A program made the translations under genes and the position numbers. A DNA stretch of 36,034 bases, taken from Candidatus Nitrosotenuis sp. GTDB lineage: Archaea > Thermoproteota > Nitrososphaeria > Nitrososphaerales > Nitrosopumilaceae. The notes under the pieces were generated by a model, which made no database searches, was not told the origin of the DNA, and saw only the letters and a list, made by a program, of their open reading frames with translations. Of this stretch, positions 27,261-36,034 are shown piece after piece. The DNA lies in contig JBJTCW010000098.1 of NCBI GenBank assembly GCA_046092065.1, positions 1-36,034 on the forward strand, written 5' to 3'. Each line of letters begins with the position of its first letter. Position 1 is the first letter of the stretch.

Positions 27261-27894
27261 AATAATACTTGCAAGAGTTTTTTATCTTGCAGACATTGCA
27301 CATTGGTGATATTGGCTTGCAGATATTTTGGCCATACATGACAAAGGTATCATTTATCTGAAGCCAGAACTTTTTTGGGATTTTTTCCATTAGTGCCTGC
27401 TCTGTTTGTTCTGGGGTTTTTGTCTCTACTAGACCCAATCTGTTTGATATTCTATGGACATGAATGTCGACTGGGATGGCTGGTTTTTCAAATGCATATA
27501 CCAAAACGCAGTTTGCTGTCTTTCTTCCTACACCTGGCAGGCTGACTAGTGTATCCATGTTTTCTGGAACCTTTCCACTATGTTGAGTGTGAATTATTTT
27601 GGCGACTTCGATTATTCTTTTTGCCTTTACGTGATAGAACCCAATAGAGTGAATTATTTTTTCAACGTCTTTTACCTTGGCACTGCTAAGCTCTTTTGCA
27701 TTTTTGTAGTGCATGAATAATGATTTTACCACTCTGGCTGTGTTTTCGTCCTTTGTTCTGGCTGAAAGTATAGTGCCAATTAGTATTGCAAATGGATCTC
27801 CTTGTTCTGATTCTCGCAACTCTCGTAGTGCAGTCATTCTTGGAGGCTTTACTGCATTCATGGTATCTATCATGCCGGAGAGGATCTTTTGCAT
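27241..27894 (-). CDS. nth: Endonuclease III
   Basis: ILSARTKD, HhH LPGVGRKTAN, VDIHV.R and C-x6-C-x2-C-x5-C. Confidence 0.95.
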   Translation of the reverse strand: MQKILSGMIDTMNAVKPPRMTALRELRESEQGDPFAILIGTILSARTKDENTARVVKSLFMHYKNAKELSSAKVKDVEKIIHSIGFYHVKAKRIIEVAKIIHTQHSGKVPENMDTLVSLPGVGRKTANCVLVYAFEKPAIPVDIHVHRISNRLGLVETKTPEQTEQALMEKIPKKFWLQINDTFVMYGQNICKPISPMCNVCKIKNSCKYYSMKRGA

Positions 27895-27961
27895 GATCAT
27901 TTTTGTGCAAATCCAATAATAAACCTGCAATTATTATACTGCCAAAACTGCATTCTATACC

Positions 27962-29116
27962 GTGGAGCTAACAAAAGAAGAAGAGCTTGCACTAAAGGGA
28001 GAATACGGAGAGACACTGGAAACTGCGTACAGAATTTTGGTTGCAACAGGCGAGGCAACAAACGCGCAAAAGCTAATCCCAATAAAGTGGGCGCATCTTT
28101 CTGGCGTGAATTATAATACAATTGGCGATGCGGGTGAAGAATTTCTGGCAAAACTTGCAAATGATGCCCGTGTAAAGGTAATGACAACTGTTAACCCAAT
28201 GGGATTTGATTTTGATTCTGTTTCCAAGTATAATTTGTCGGAGGAATTTGTTTCCAAGCAAAAAAGCATTGCAGACTCGTACAAGAAAATGGGCGTGATA
28301 CCGTCATTTTCTTGTATACCATACGAAATTTTTGATCTGCCGGAAAACGGAACACAGGTTTCATTTGCCGAAAGCAATGCCGCAATCTATGCAAATTCTA
28401 TGGGGAATCTAAAAACAAACAAGGAAAGTGCATTTTCTGCGCTGGCAAGTGCATTAACTGGCAAAAGCCCATATTCTGATCTAAGAATTGATGATACACC
28501 AAATCTTACCATCCAAATGAAGGTAGATTCGCCGGATGAGCTTGCATTTGGCATGCTTGGATACTTTGCGGGTACAATAGCAGACAATTCAGTGCAAATC
28601 TCTGGCGTATCTGAGATGGACAGGCGCCAGTGCAAGGCTTTGTGCGGAGGAATGGGAACCTCTGGTAGATGTGGCAAGTTCATCACGGGTGAGCAGGCGC
28701 CAAACTCGGAAAAAATTGATTTTGATAAAAAAGAGATGCAAAAAATCCATGACGAGCTGAACACTGCAGACAAGGGAGACATTATCACACTTGGCAGTCC
28801 GCAGCTTGGCCTCAAAGAGATAGCTGATCTGTCCTGGCTACTCAAGGGACGGGAATTTACAAAGCGGTGCATGGTTTTTTGCCCAAGATCTGTGCAGGAA
28901 CAAGCAAGAAACCTTGGCTATACAAATGAAATAGAGCGAGCTGGATGTGAGATTTTGTCTGATTGCTGTACATGTTTGTCTCCATTGGTTGACAAAAATG
29001 AAATCGATTCTGTAACAACAAACAGCATCAAGGGAGCATATTACCTGAACCATTCTAATGGAGTCGGCGTAAATCTCAAGTCGTTATCGCAAATAATAGC
29101 GGAAGAAACCAGATGA
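27962..29116 (+). CDS. Aconitase X large subunit (DUF521; probable phosphomevalonate dehydratase large subunit)
   Basis: AHLSGVNY..IGDAG, T.NP, SCIPY, AESNA..YANS, SDCC.C..P and TNS.K; paired with the swivel subunit. Confidence 0.85.
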   Translation: MELTKEEELALKGEYGETLETAYRILVATGEATNAQKLIPIKWAHLSGVNYNTIGDAGEEFLAKLANDARVKVMTTVNPMGFDFDSVSKYNLSEEFVSKQKSIADSYKKMGVIPSFSCIPYEIFDLPENGTQVSFAESNAAIYANSMGNLKTNKESAFSALASALTGKSPYSDLRIDDTPNLTIQMKVDSPDELAFGMLGYFAGTIADNSVQISGVSEMDRRQCKALCGGMGTSGRCGKFITGEQAPNSEKIDFDKKEMQKIHDELNTADKGDIITLGSPQLGLKEIADLSWLLKGREFTKRCMVFCPRSVQEQARNLGYTNEIERAGCEILSDCCTCLSPLVDKNEIDSVTTNSIKGAYYLNHSNGVGVNLKSLSQIIAEETR

Positions 29117-29487
29117 AAGTAATAGTTGCAGGAAAAGCAAAGGGGAAAATTCTCAAGACAAACACACCAATTAATTTTCTCGGAACAGTAGACAAAAAAT
29201 CCGGCAAAATTCATGACTCAAAGCATGATCTTTATGATATACCAATGAAGGATTCAATTCTTGTTTTTCCAAATGGTGTTGGTAGTAGTGTTGGCGCATA
29301 CACAATTTATTCCATAAAATCACACAATTCTGCGCCATCTGCGATGATCTGCAAAAAAGTTGATCTCACAGTAGCGTCTGGATGTGCACTGGCAAACATT
29401 CCTTTGGTGGTTGCATCAGATCAGGAATATGAAAAATTGCAATCAGGCCAAGACCTGACACTGGACACTTCTTCTGATTCGTTATAG
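29113..29487 (+). CDS. Aconitase X swivel subunit (DUF126; probable phosphomevalonate dehydratase small subunit)
   Basis: INFLGTVD..SG, ILVFP.GVGSSVG and APSA; ATGA overlap with the large subunit. Confidence 0.87.
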   Translation: MKVIVAGKAKGKILKTNTPINFLGTVDKKSGKIHDSKHDLYDIPMKDSILVFPNGVGSSVGAYTIYSIKSHNSAPSAMICKKVDLTVASGCALANIPLVVASDQEYEKLQSGQDLTLDTSSDSL

Positions 29488-30087
29488 CTCTTCTCGTATT
29501 ATTTTTCCATTTGGCTTTTCTTCTTTGAAGATTATTCCCTCAAATGAATAGACCTTGGTTTGTTTTTGCATCCAGCAATCTGATGGCAGGCCTGCCTTTT
29601 GGCAAGTATGGGAGAGAAATTCTTTCTCATCCCAGCCAAATTCTACTGGAACTTGGGGGAGTAATAATCCGGAATTATGTCCTTGTTTTATGACTAGTCC
29701 GTCGCGGCCGACTTTGATCTTTTCTGGAAGACTGGAATTGTCGTTTGTTATGATTTCTTTTGGTGGAGTAAGAATTGTTACCTCAAACGTAATAGAGTCA
29801 AGCTCGGAATTGTCCACAGGAGAAAATCTTGGATCTTCTGTTGCAGCTGCAATTGCTACCTCTGGCAATGCCTGTGATATTTTTCTTGGCAGTGGAAATC
29901 CAATGCACCCACGCAAATCATTTTTTGAGTTTAATGTGACAAAAATTCCTGCATCAAATGCCAATTTTGATTCAATGTCTTTGCCTAACACAAGCCTGTT
30001 TCCGGTGTTAACAAATTCTGTCACAATTTTTCTTGCGCTTGATACTAGCAGCTGACCGTCTTGTTCCGTTATGTTATAGTCTGGCAT
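29482..30087 (-). CDS. AMMECR1 family protein (TIGR00296)
   Basis: FVTL, LRGCIG, AATEDPRF, GLLLPQV and CQKAG. Confidence 0.93.
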   Translation of the reverse strand: MPDYNITEQDGQLLVSSARKIVTEFVNTGNRLVLGKDIESKLAFDAGIFVTLNSKNDLRGCIGFPLPRKISQALPEVAIAAATEDPRFSPVDNSELDSITFEVTILTPPKEIITNDNSSLPEKIKVGRDGLVIKQGHNSGLLLPQVPVEFGWDEKEFLSHTCQKAGLPSDCWMQKQTKVYSFEGIIFKEEKPNGKIIREEL

Positions 30088-30133
30088 TTATTTCCGCAGC
30101 TAATCTTTTTCTTGTTTCTAATATGAGTTCCCA

Positions 30134-32062
30134 CTAAGCTGACTCGACTTTTGTATTACCAGATTCTGTGATGTGACTTTGGCCTGCGGGCAAAACCCTC
30201 ACATATTCATCAATGTCGAATTGTTTTGCAATGTCTTCACGTAATTTTATGAATTCGGTTCGCATTCTCTTTGCACAGTCTGTCATTTCATCCAAGCCTG
30301 GCTCTATTACTGCATAGCAGATACAATTTTTCTTGATTGGGTCAGGCGGTCCGCACGTTATGATGTATCGCTCATCATGGTATTGTATTCCAACTGCGAG
30401 CTTTAGATTTGTAGTCTTGATGAAATTTTTGTGCCCCTCCAAAACAAAAGATCCTCTTGAGAGGAACTGTCCGCTAGGAGCTGCCTTTTTGACCTGATCT
30501 GGATTTATCCAGTATGCACTCATTCCGTACATTGCCTCTCTCCATGCTCTGCTAAAGCAGACAGTTGCCTGTGCTACTTCGTTTAGTGAATCAAACGGCA
30601 ACGAATCTGGAGTGTCCTTTAGGACAAAAAATGGCGAGCCAAAAACCTCTGCATGAAATACCTTGTCGTTTTTTGCCAACTGTTTTCTGATTATTGCGGA
30701 ATTTGAAGACGAGTCTCTGCCGCCTATTGCGAGTAAGTCATCTGATGTGTAGAACCATCTGTATCTCTCAAACCATTCTTTCTTTTTGAATTCCGTAAAG
30801 AATACTGCTTTTCTGGTTTCTTGTGATTGCGATTTTAGCTTGTCAATTTCCTTTTGGTTTTTTCTCATTAATGCCTCGATTGATCCTGTGGCAGACGACT
30901 GTCGTTTTGCCTCATTGTATAACGTGGATGCAATTGCAGGAAAAGATGATTCTATCTTTATCTGGATTTTTTCATCGTCTATTTTGAGAAACAATATTCC
31001 TCGGTCTTTCACTAGCTCGGCATTTTGCGCCTTGAGAATTTCTATTGATGCTGGGTTTGTAATATTGGTTATTCCTTGTGAAGGAAATGCAAAAAGAGAT
31101 TTTGCAACTGCAGAGATTTTTTCTGACTTTTCCTTTACTATTGAGATTGCCTTGCTTTGTTCGTCTATTTTGGACTGCAGGTCAGCAATTTTTTTATCAA
31201 GCGAACCAGTTTTGGCTTCTTTTCCCTTTTCTAGCAGTATCTTGGAAAATACTCTGTCTAGGCCTTCCATAAAATTAGGAACCGATTCCTGCTGGGAATT
31301 TGGTATTGTTACTGGAATTGGATACACATCAAGACTGTTATCTGTTTTTATGATTGCAGGTGTGTGTTTGCCAGAAACAACATTTCCTACTAGAGTCTTT
31401 GCTGCACTTACTATGTTCTTTACGTTTTCGTCTGTGACTGAGCTGCCAGGCAGATCAAATTCTACATTTGCCGCACGAAGTATCTCTTCTGCGTACTTTG
31501 TTGGCAAACCAAACGTTCTACCAAACCATTTTGCAATTGATGTTGAAATTGTCTTTAATTCTGAGAAATTTTCAGCGGAGATATTAAAAATGTTCAGTCC
31601 CTTTTGTGGTGGTTGCGCATATGTAGATCCCACGTGCAATTCTCTATGTCTTACTTGGATTGAATGCAGTAGGGCCAAAACCTTAGAGTCCTTGTTGCAA
31701 AGCAAAAGGTTTCCATCTCCAAAAAACTCGCAAATCAGAACAAACTCTTTGTCAAATCCAGAAAATGTCAGATATGCGATTCTTTCCAGATCAATTTGCT
31801 CTACTTTGACCAGCTTTAACCGCAAGAGATCATCGCGTAAACGCTTGACTAGCTTGTTGTCTTCTAGTGCATCAATTTTGATTCCAGTAAACCACATACC
31901 AATTGATGATACAACCAAAAATAGATCAGGCTTTTCTGGATGGTGTAGCTTGAACAGAATGCTGTTCTGGTTTATAGAATAGATATTGTTGACATAGTAA
32001 TCTCTGGTTTTTTCTAATATATCCTTGACCAAAAAGGCAAGCTCTATTCCAGCTAGTCCCAC
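30134..32062 (-). CDS. rqcH: Ribosome quality-control NFACT protein RqcH/Rqc2
   Basis: NFACT-N (LR..L, ERI, EFFGDGN), coiled coils and NFACT-R (WFERYRWF, GGRD...N, SRAW, GSF). Confidence 0.9.
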   Translation of the reverse strand: MGLAGIELAFLVKDILEKTRDYYVNNIYSINQNSILFKLHHPEKPDLFLVVSSIGMWFTGIKIDALEDNKLVKRLRDDLLRLKLVKVEQIDLERIAYLTFSGFDKEFVLICEFFGDGNLLLCNKDSKVLALLHSIQVRHRELHVGSTYAQPPQKGLNIFNISAENFSELKTISTSIAKWFGRTFGLPTKYAEEILRAANVEFDLPGSSVTDENVKNIVSAAKTLVGNVVSGKHTPAIIKTDNSLDVYPIPVTIPNSQQESVPNFMEGLDRVFSKILLEKGKEAKTGSLDKKIADLQSKIDEQSKAISIVKEKSEKISAVAKSLFAFPSQGITNITNPASIEILKAQNAELVKDRGILFLKIDDEKIQIKIESSFPAIASTLYNEAKRQSSATGSIEALMRKNQKEIDKLKSQSQETRKAVFFTEFKKKEWFERYRWFYTSDDLLAIGGRDSSSNSAIIRKQLAKNDKVFHAEVFGSPFFVLKDTPDSLPFDSLNEVAQATVCFSRAWREAMYGMSAYWINPDQVKKAAPSGQFLSRGSFVLEGHKNFIKTTNLKLAVGIQYHDERYIITCGPPDPIKKNCICYAVIEPGLDEMTDCAKRMRTEFIKLREDIAKQFDIDEYVRVLPAGQSHITESGNTKVESA

Positions 32063-32159
32063 AACAAATCACCAAATCTCACAAAGATACCCTCACTAAT
32101 GAACTGAGTGCGACCAAACATTTTAAACCCGACACAGTCGAGTCACCTTAGAAATTTCA

Positions 32160-32576
32160 TTGAAGCACACAAAGAAAAAATCACCAGACTCTACCGATCC
32201 TACTGATGATACACCAGGGGTTGCAGCACCGACTGATAGCCAGGATGATCTAGACAAACGAAAGCGACTCTTGGACAAATTGTTCTGGATAAGAATAGGA
32301 ATGGCAGCACTTGGTGGTATAATTGCGACATTTCTATTTGAGTCAATCGAAGGCGAGGAAAGAAGATGGGCTTCAATTGGATTTATGATTGTGATGTTTA
32401 TTGCATCTGCAGTAATAGGCAAAGGCATGAAAATCGGCTTACCTCGATCCGACAGAAAGAAAATTGTAACTACAGGCCTTGGCACGTATGTCTTTCTTTA
32501 CTTATTTGTGTGGATTCTGTCCTATACATTGGTACACCTGCCAGCGACCGGCCCAATACCGCTAAAGCCAATTTAA
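32160..32576 (+). CDS. Three-TM membrane protein, possibly EMC6-like
   Basis: Three TM helices; C-terminal GLGTYVFLYLFVWILSYTL. Confidence 0.7.
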   Translation: MKHTKKKSPDSTDPTDDTPGVAAPTDSQDDLDKRKRLLDKLFWIRIGMAALGGIIATFLFESIEGEERRWASIGFMIVMFIASAVIGKGMKIGLPRSDRKKIVTTGLGTYVFLYLFVWILSYTLVHLPATGPIPLKPI

Positions 32577-32577
32577 C

Positions 32578-33168
32578 ATGTGGAATCACAAAACTCCAGG
32601 CATTCCAGACGAGGAATTTGAAAGAACAGAAGACGTACCGATAACAAAAGAAGAGGCACGCGTCATACAAATCAGTAAAGCCCGTTTGTCTGAAGGGGAC
32701 TTGGTATATGACATTGGATGCGGAAGTGGTTCTATAACTGTCGAGGCCGGAATCCAAATAGGAAAAACAGGCAAAATCTATGCCGTGGACATAGATCCCA
32801 AAGCAATCGATCTTACCAGAAAAAATCTTGGCAAATTTGGAATCGCAAATGTTGAGCTCATACTTGCAGATGCCAAGCAAAAAATCCCAGACTTGCCGCA
32901 AGTAGATGCAATATTTGTGGGCGGAACTGGTGGGGACACCAAGGATATTGTAACATTGTGTAATTCCAAGCTAAAATCCGGAGGAAGAATAGTGATTGGC
33001 GTTATACTGATTGAAACTTTGTACGCTGTTTTGGATGTGATATACAAGCTTGGATTCTCTGATGTTGATATTACCCAGGTTACAATATCGAAAAGCAAAA
33101 AGACAAGCACCGGAACAATGATGCTTGCAAGAAATCCCGTGACAATTATCTCTGCAGCAAAGACCTAG
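32578..33168 (+). CDS. cbiT: Cobalt-precorrin-6B C15-methyltransferase (decarboxylating)
   Basis: PGIPDEEF, PITKEE.R, DIGCGSGS, FVGG and ARNPV. Confidence 0.93.
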   Translation: MWNHKTPGIPDEEFERTEDVPITKEEARVIQISKARLSEGDLVYDIGCGSGSITVEAGIQIGKTGKIYAVDIDPKAIDLTRKNLGKFGIANVELILADAKQKIPDLPQVDAIFVGGTGGDTKDIVTLCNSKLKSGGRIVIGVILIETLYAVLDVIYKLGFSDVDITQVTISKSKKTSTGTMMLARNPVTIISAAKT

Positions 33169-33203
33169 ATTCGCTTTTAACTAGGAAAAATTTTTGGTTT
33201 AGC

Positions 33204-33926
33204 ATGCATGATTTGATCTGTGTTGGCTGCGGCCCAGGAGATCCAGAACTACTCACAGTAAAGGGAGTCAAGGCAATTCAGAATGCCGAAGTAATAGCAT
33301 GTCCTACTGCCAAAGAGGACAAGCCAAGCATTGCACTTTCCGTAGTGGAATCATTATTGAACAAGTCCAAGATGCCTGAAATTGTTAATCTTGTATTTCC
33401 AATGGTCAAGGACAAGGACACATTGGAATCCACATGGGAGAGGAATACAAAAATTTTGGCAGGCAAGGTACTAGAAGGAAAAAAAGTAGTATACCTGACA
33501 GTGGGCGACCCGTACCTGTATAGTACTTGGATTTATCTGCACAGGGAATTGCAGCTAAAGCATCCTGAAATCAAAATTAGTGTAATACCGGGAATAGTTT
33601 CGATGTTTACGTTTGCATCAAAGGCCGGAATTAGTCTTGCAGAAGGTGCAGAGACCATGGCAGTTATCCCGTCATGCTATGATTTATCCAGAGTAAAAGA
33701 AACTGCAAGAAACTGTGACACCATGATATTTCTAAAGGATGGAAGATATTTTGATCAAGTGATTAAATTGCTAAAAGAAGCTGGATTTTCCGATGATTCA
33801 ATATTTGCTATAGGACAAGATCTTGGCACGCCAAACGAAATTGTCCGCAGAATGACACTTGGTGAAGTAAATGAAAGTACCATGACTACAAAATATTTTT
33901 CCATAATGGTGGTAAAACGTGTCTAA
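33204..33926 (+). CDS. cbiL: Cobalt-precorrin-2 C20-methyltransferase
   Basis: GCGPGDPELLTVK, FPM.KD, GDPYLYST, IPGI.S and YFS. Confidence 0.92.
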   Translation: MHDLICVGCGPGDPELLTVKGVKAIQNAEVIACPTAKEDKPSIALSVVESLLNKSKMPEIVNLVFPMVKDKDTLESTWERNTKILAGKVLEGKKVVYLTVGDPYLYSTWIYLHRELQLKHPEIKISVIPGIVSMFTFASKAGISLAEGAETMAVIPSCYDLSRVKETARNCDTMIFLKDGRYFDQVIKLLKEAGFSDDSIFAIGQDLGTPNEIVRRMTLGEVNESTMTTKYFSIMVVKRV

Positions 33927-34683
33927 GGTTTACTTTGTTGGCTGCGGCCCGGGTGATCCCGATTTAATCACTGTCAAGGCAAAAAAATTATTGCAAAAAG
34001 CAGATGTAGTTGTGTATTCTGGCTCTCTGATACCGGATCAAATACTAAAGCTGTGCAAAAAGGCAAAGATGCACGACGCTGCAGGAATGATTCGAGAGGA
34101 GATCTTTGAGATTCTAAAAAATGGCGCGCAAAAGGACAAAGTCACCATACGATTACATGATGGGGACCCGGCCATTTATGGCGCAATACGAGAACAGACT
34201 GATAATCTGCAAAAAGAGGGAATTGAATGCCAAGTAATACCTGGTGTTACATCATTTCTAGCCTCATCTGCCGCACTTGGCTTGCAGCTGACCCTGCCTG
34301 GAGTTACTCAGACAATGATTATCACACGTGCAGAAAAAAGAACCAAGGTACCAAAACAGGAACAAATCTCCGAGCTTGCCAAGCACAAATCCACAATGAT
34401 CTTCTATCTTAGCGTGCATTTGCTATCTGATATAGTAAAAGAGGCAATCAAAGGCGGGTATCCAAAAACTACACCTGCCGCAGTTGTGTATAGGGCAAGC
34501 TGGCCTGACCAAAAAATACTTACAGGCACACTAGAGGACATTACCAAAAAGGTCTGGGCTGAAAAGATAACTCGAACCGCAATTGTGATAATCGGCGATG
34601 TGATACAGCCCAAGTCCTATGAATATTCCAAGCTATATGACAAATCATTTAGTCATGGATATAGAAAGGCCAAAAAACCCTAG
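33919..34683 (+). CDS. cbiF: Cobalt-precorrin-4 C11-methyltransferase
   Basis: GPGDPDLITVK, YSGSL, RLHDGDP.IYGAI.EQ, LTLPGVTQT, RASWPD and SKLYD..FSH.YR. Confidence 0.94.
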   Translation: MSKVYFVGCGPGDPDLITVKAKKLLQKADVVVYSGSLIPDQILKLCKKAKMHDAAGMIREEIFEILKNGAQKDKVTIRLHDGDPAIYGAIREQTDNLQKEGIECQVIPGVTSFLASSAALGLQLTLPGVTQTMIITRAEKRTKVPKQEQISELAKHKSTMIFYLSVHLLSDIVKEAIKGGYPKTTPAAVVYRASWPDQKILTGTLEDITKKVWAEKITRTAIVIIGDVIQPKSYEYSKLYDKSFSHGYRKAKKP

Positions 34684-34714
34684 GATACTAATAAAAAGAA
34701 AAAGATTGAAAGGA

Positions 34715-35197
34715 CTAGCTGATTGTTGCTGTACCACCGACGTTAATTGTCCATTGGACAGTTAGCTGGTCGTTGTTTGCCAGAGTAATTGCTGTGAATT
34801 GCTGTCTTGCAAACATGGCGTTTGTACCATCTGCTGTGCTGTTGAACAGACCTGATTCAGATACTGTTTGTGAAGTTGGTGCACCATTGGTAAACGTCTT
34901 TGAGAGTACAACTGAAGCTGCGTTTGTTGCAGTTGTAGATGTGTTATTGCTCCAAGTTACTGTGGTTGCCTCACCAATCAACAATGCTGAACCTGCACCA
35001 AAGCTTGTTTGGTTGTGTGGATTAGCCAATTTGTATTGGTCTGGTGCGTTACCTGCTGTAGAGTTTCCGATTTGAATAAATCTGAATCCCTGTGTGTTTG
35101 CACCTGCACAAACTGTACTTCCGGCTGCACCTGTGGTTTGTTGGAAGAGAAGTTTTGCCGCACAGTTTTCGCCTTGGTTGACAATTTGGTTTGCCTC
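34715..35197 (-). pseudogene. 5'-truncated surface/phage-tail-fibre-like beta protein
   Basis: Frame is open from the stop at 35198-35200 to 34715: NQIVNQGENCAAKLLF...FIQIGN...VSESGLFN...MFARQQF..ITL.NNDQLTVQWTI; no convincing start or signal peptide in this frame. Confidence 0.65.
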
Positions 35198-35382
35198 TCA
35201 TCAAGATTGATTGTGTAATGTTTGGTTAATTTCGGAGCTAGTGTTTTCTCGGAAAATTTTGGTGCAACAACAGTTGGTTTGTAATTTTTTTCTACAAGAT
35301 CTCCATATGCCAAGCTAACAGATGATGTAAGTAAGATAACAATTAGTGATAGAGAAATGATCGTCTTTTTCAAAATCAACAC
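35190..35382 (-). pseudogene. N-terminal fragment of a secreted protein, joined out of frame to the downstream domain
   Basis: Signal peptide KKTIISLSLIVILLTSSVSLAYG; after HYTINLDE the frame overlaps the downstream coding frame and stops at 34978. Confidence 0.55.
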
Positions 35383-35666
35383 CCTACAGAATCAGCCAGA
35401 ACAGCTTTGCAGTAAACATTACATTTTTCAGCTAGGCATTTCGTATTAACCCGGTTTTGGGCAAAATGCACAAACATTTCAGCACTAAACATACAAGACT
35501 ACTTGGCCAAAAATCGACATAAGCGGTGAGGAATTTTTGAGAAAAACATCGTGCCGTCTCGGTAAATAATGGTCTGAGCAGTTTCCAGTTTGGTTTTGTT
35601 TGGTTTCGTTAGTTTTTTGTTTTGTTTACTAAATTTTTATCAACGATCACTTAGAAAACAAATCAA

Positions 35667-36034
35667 TCATTGAAATTTTATTACTTTATTTTTGATATTG
35701 AGTTTTAGCAGGTTCTTTTGAAACAAAACTGGATTACCAGTTGTAAAAATTTGCAATGAATTTTTTTTTGATGGAATAAATGATTTATTGCCTATTACTT
35801 GTTGAGCTACAATACCAGCTGGATCCAAAAATGTTATTGTTGGAAATATTTTTTGTAATATTGACAACAAAAATGGCAAATGAGTACTAGACAAAGTCAC
35901 TACATCTATTTTGTTATCTGTAAAAGTTTTCTCTAATGTTTTTTTGATTATTTGTTCACAATATTTCTTTTGGGAAACAAATTTGCCAGACTCTACAAGA
36001 TCAATTAACGATGTAGCATCAATTTTTGTAACCA
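35667..36034 (-). CDS. Glutamate racemase-like protein (C-terminal part; runs off the window edge)
   Basis: LIDLVESG, IDVVTLSSTHLPFL, FLDPA and IFTTG; frame open to the window end. Confidence 0.8.
   Translation of the reverse strand, partial: VTKIDATSLIDLVESGKFVSQKKYCEQIIKKTLEKTFTDNKIDVVTLSSTHLPFLLSILQKIFPTITFLDPAGIVAQQVIGNKSFIPSKKNSLQIFTTGNPVLFQKNLLKLNIKNKVIKFQ

Noticed and set aside
30786-31982. 398-aa ORF on the + strand
   Set aside because: Antisense shadow of rqcH with Ser/Phe/Ile-biased composition and no motifs
32586-33110. ORF-track entries labelled minus strand around cbiT
   Set aside because: The cbiT protein reads directly on the + strand from ATG 32578; the minus ORFs are shadows
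35580-35640. T-rich GTTT repeats
   Set aside because: Low-complexity intergenic tract with no unit structure suggesting function beyond termination or promoter context

Overview
Chromosomal window from an ammonia-oxidising archaeon (Thaumarchaeota/Nitrososphaerota, Nitrosopumilales-like; inferred from gene content such as TFB, CdvB/ESCRT-III, EgsA, aCPSF1 and cobalamin genes). Most of it is housekeeping: aCPSF1-psmB, egsA, sulfate assimilation (cysC, cysQ, cysH, sat), TFB, archaeosine precursor synthesis (queE, folE, queC), thrB, GPN GTPase, nth, aconitase X pair, AMMECR1, rqcH and cbiT-cbiL-cbiF. I saw no tRNA, rRNA, CRISPR array or transposase. Four signals are not explained by routine annotation. 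(1) At 10.8-15.4 kb a locus encodes a zinc-finger microprotein, CdvB, a coiled-coil protein, a wHTH protein, a membrane-anchored wHTH protein and a secreted helical protein. It carries three co-oriented copies of a tandem 12-bp motif (core GCGTTCCGCT) plus a second repeat array. (2) Two intergenic structured RNA candidates lie at about 8.9-9.04 kb (multibranch fold) and about 22.2-22.27 kb (K-turn-like hairpin). (3) Several metal-binding microproteins are missing from the ORF track. (4) An out-of-frame chimeric surface-protein gene lies at about 34.7-35.4 kb. All product calls come from motif recognition only; no database searches were run.
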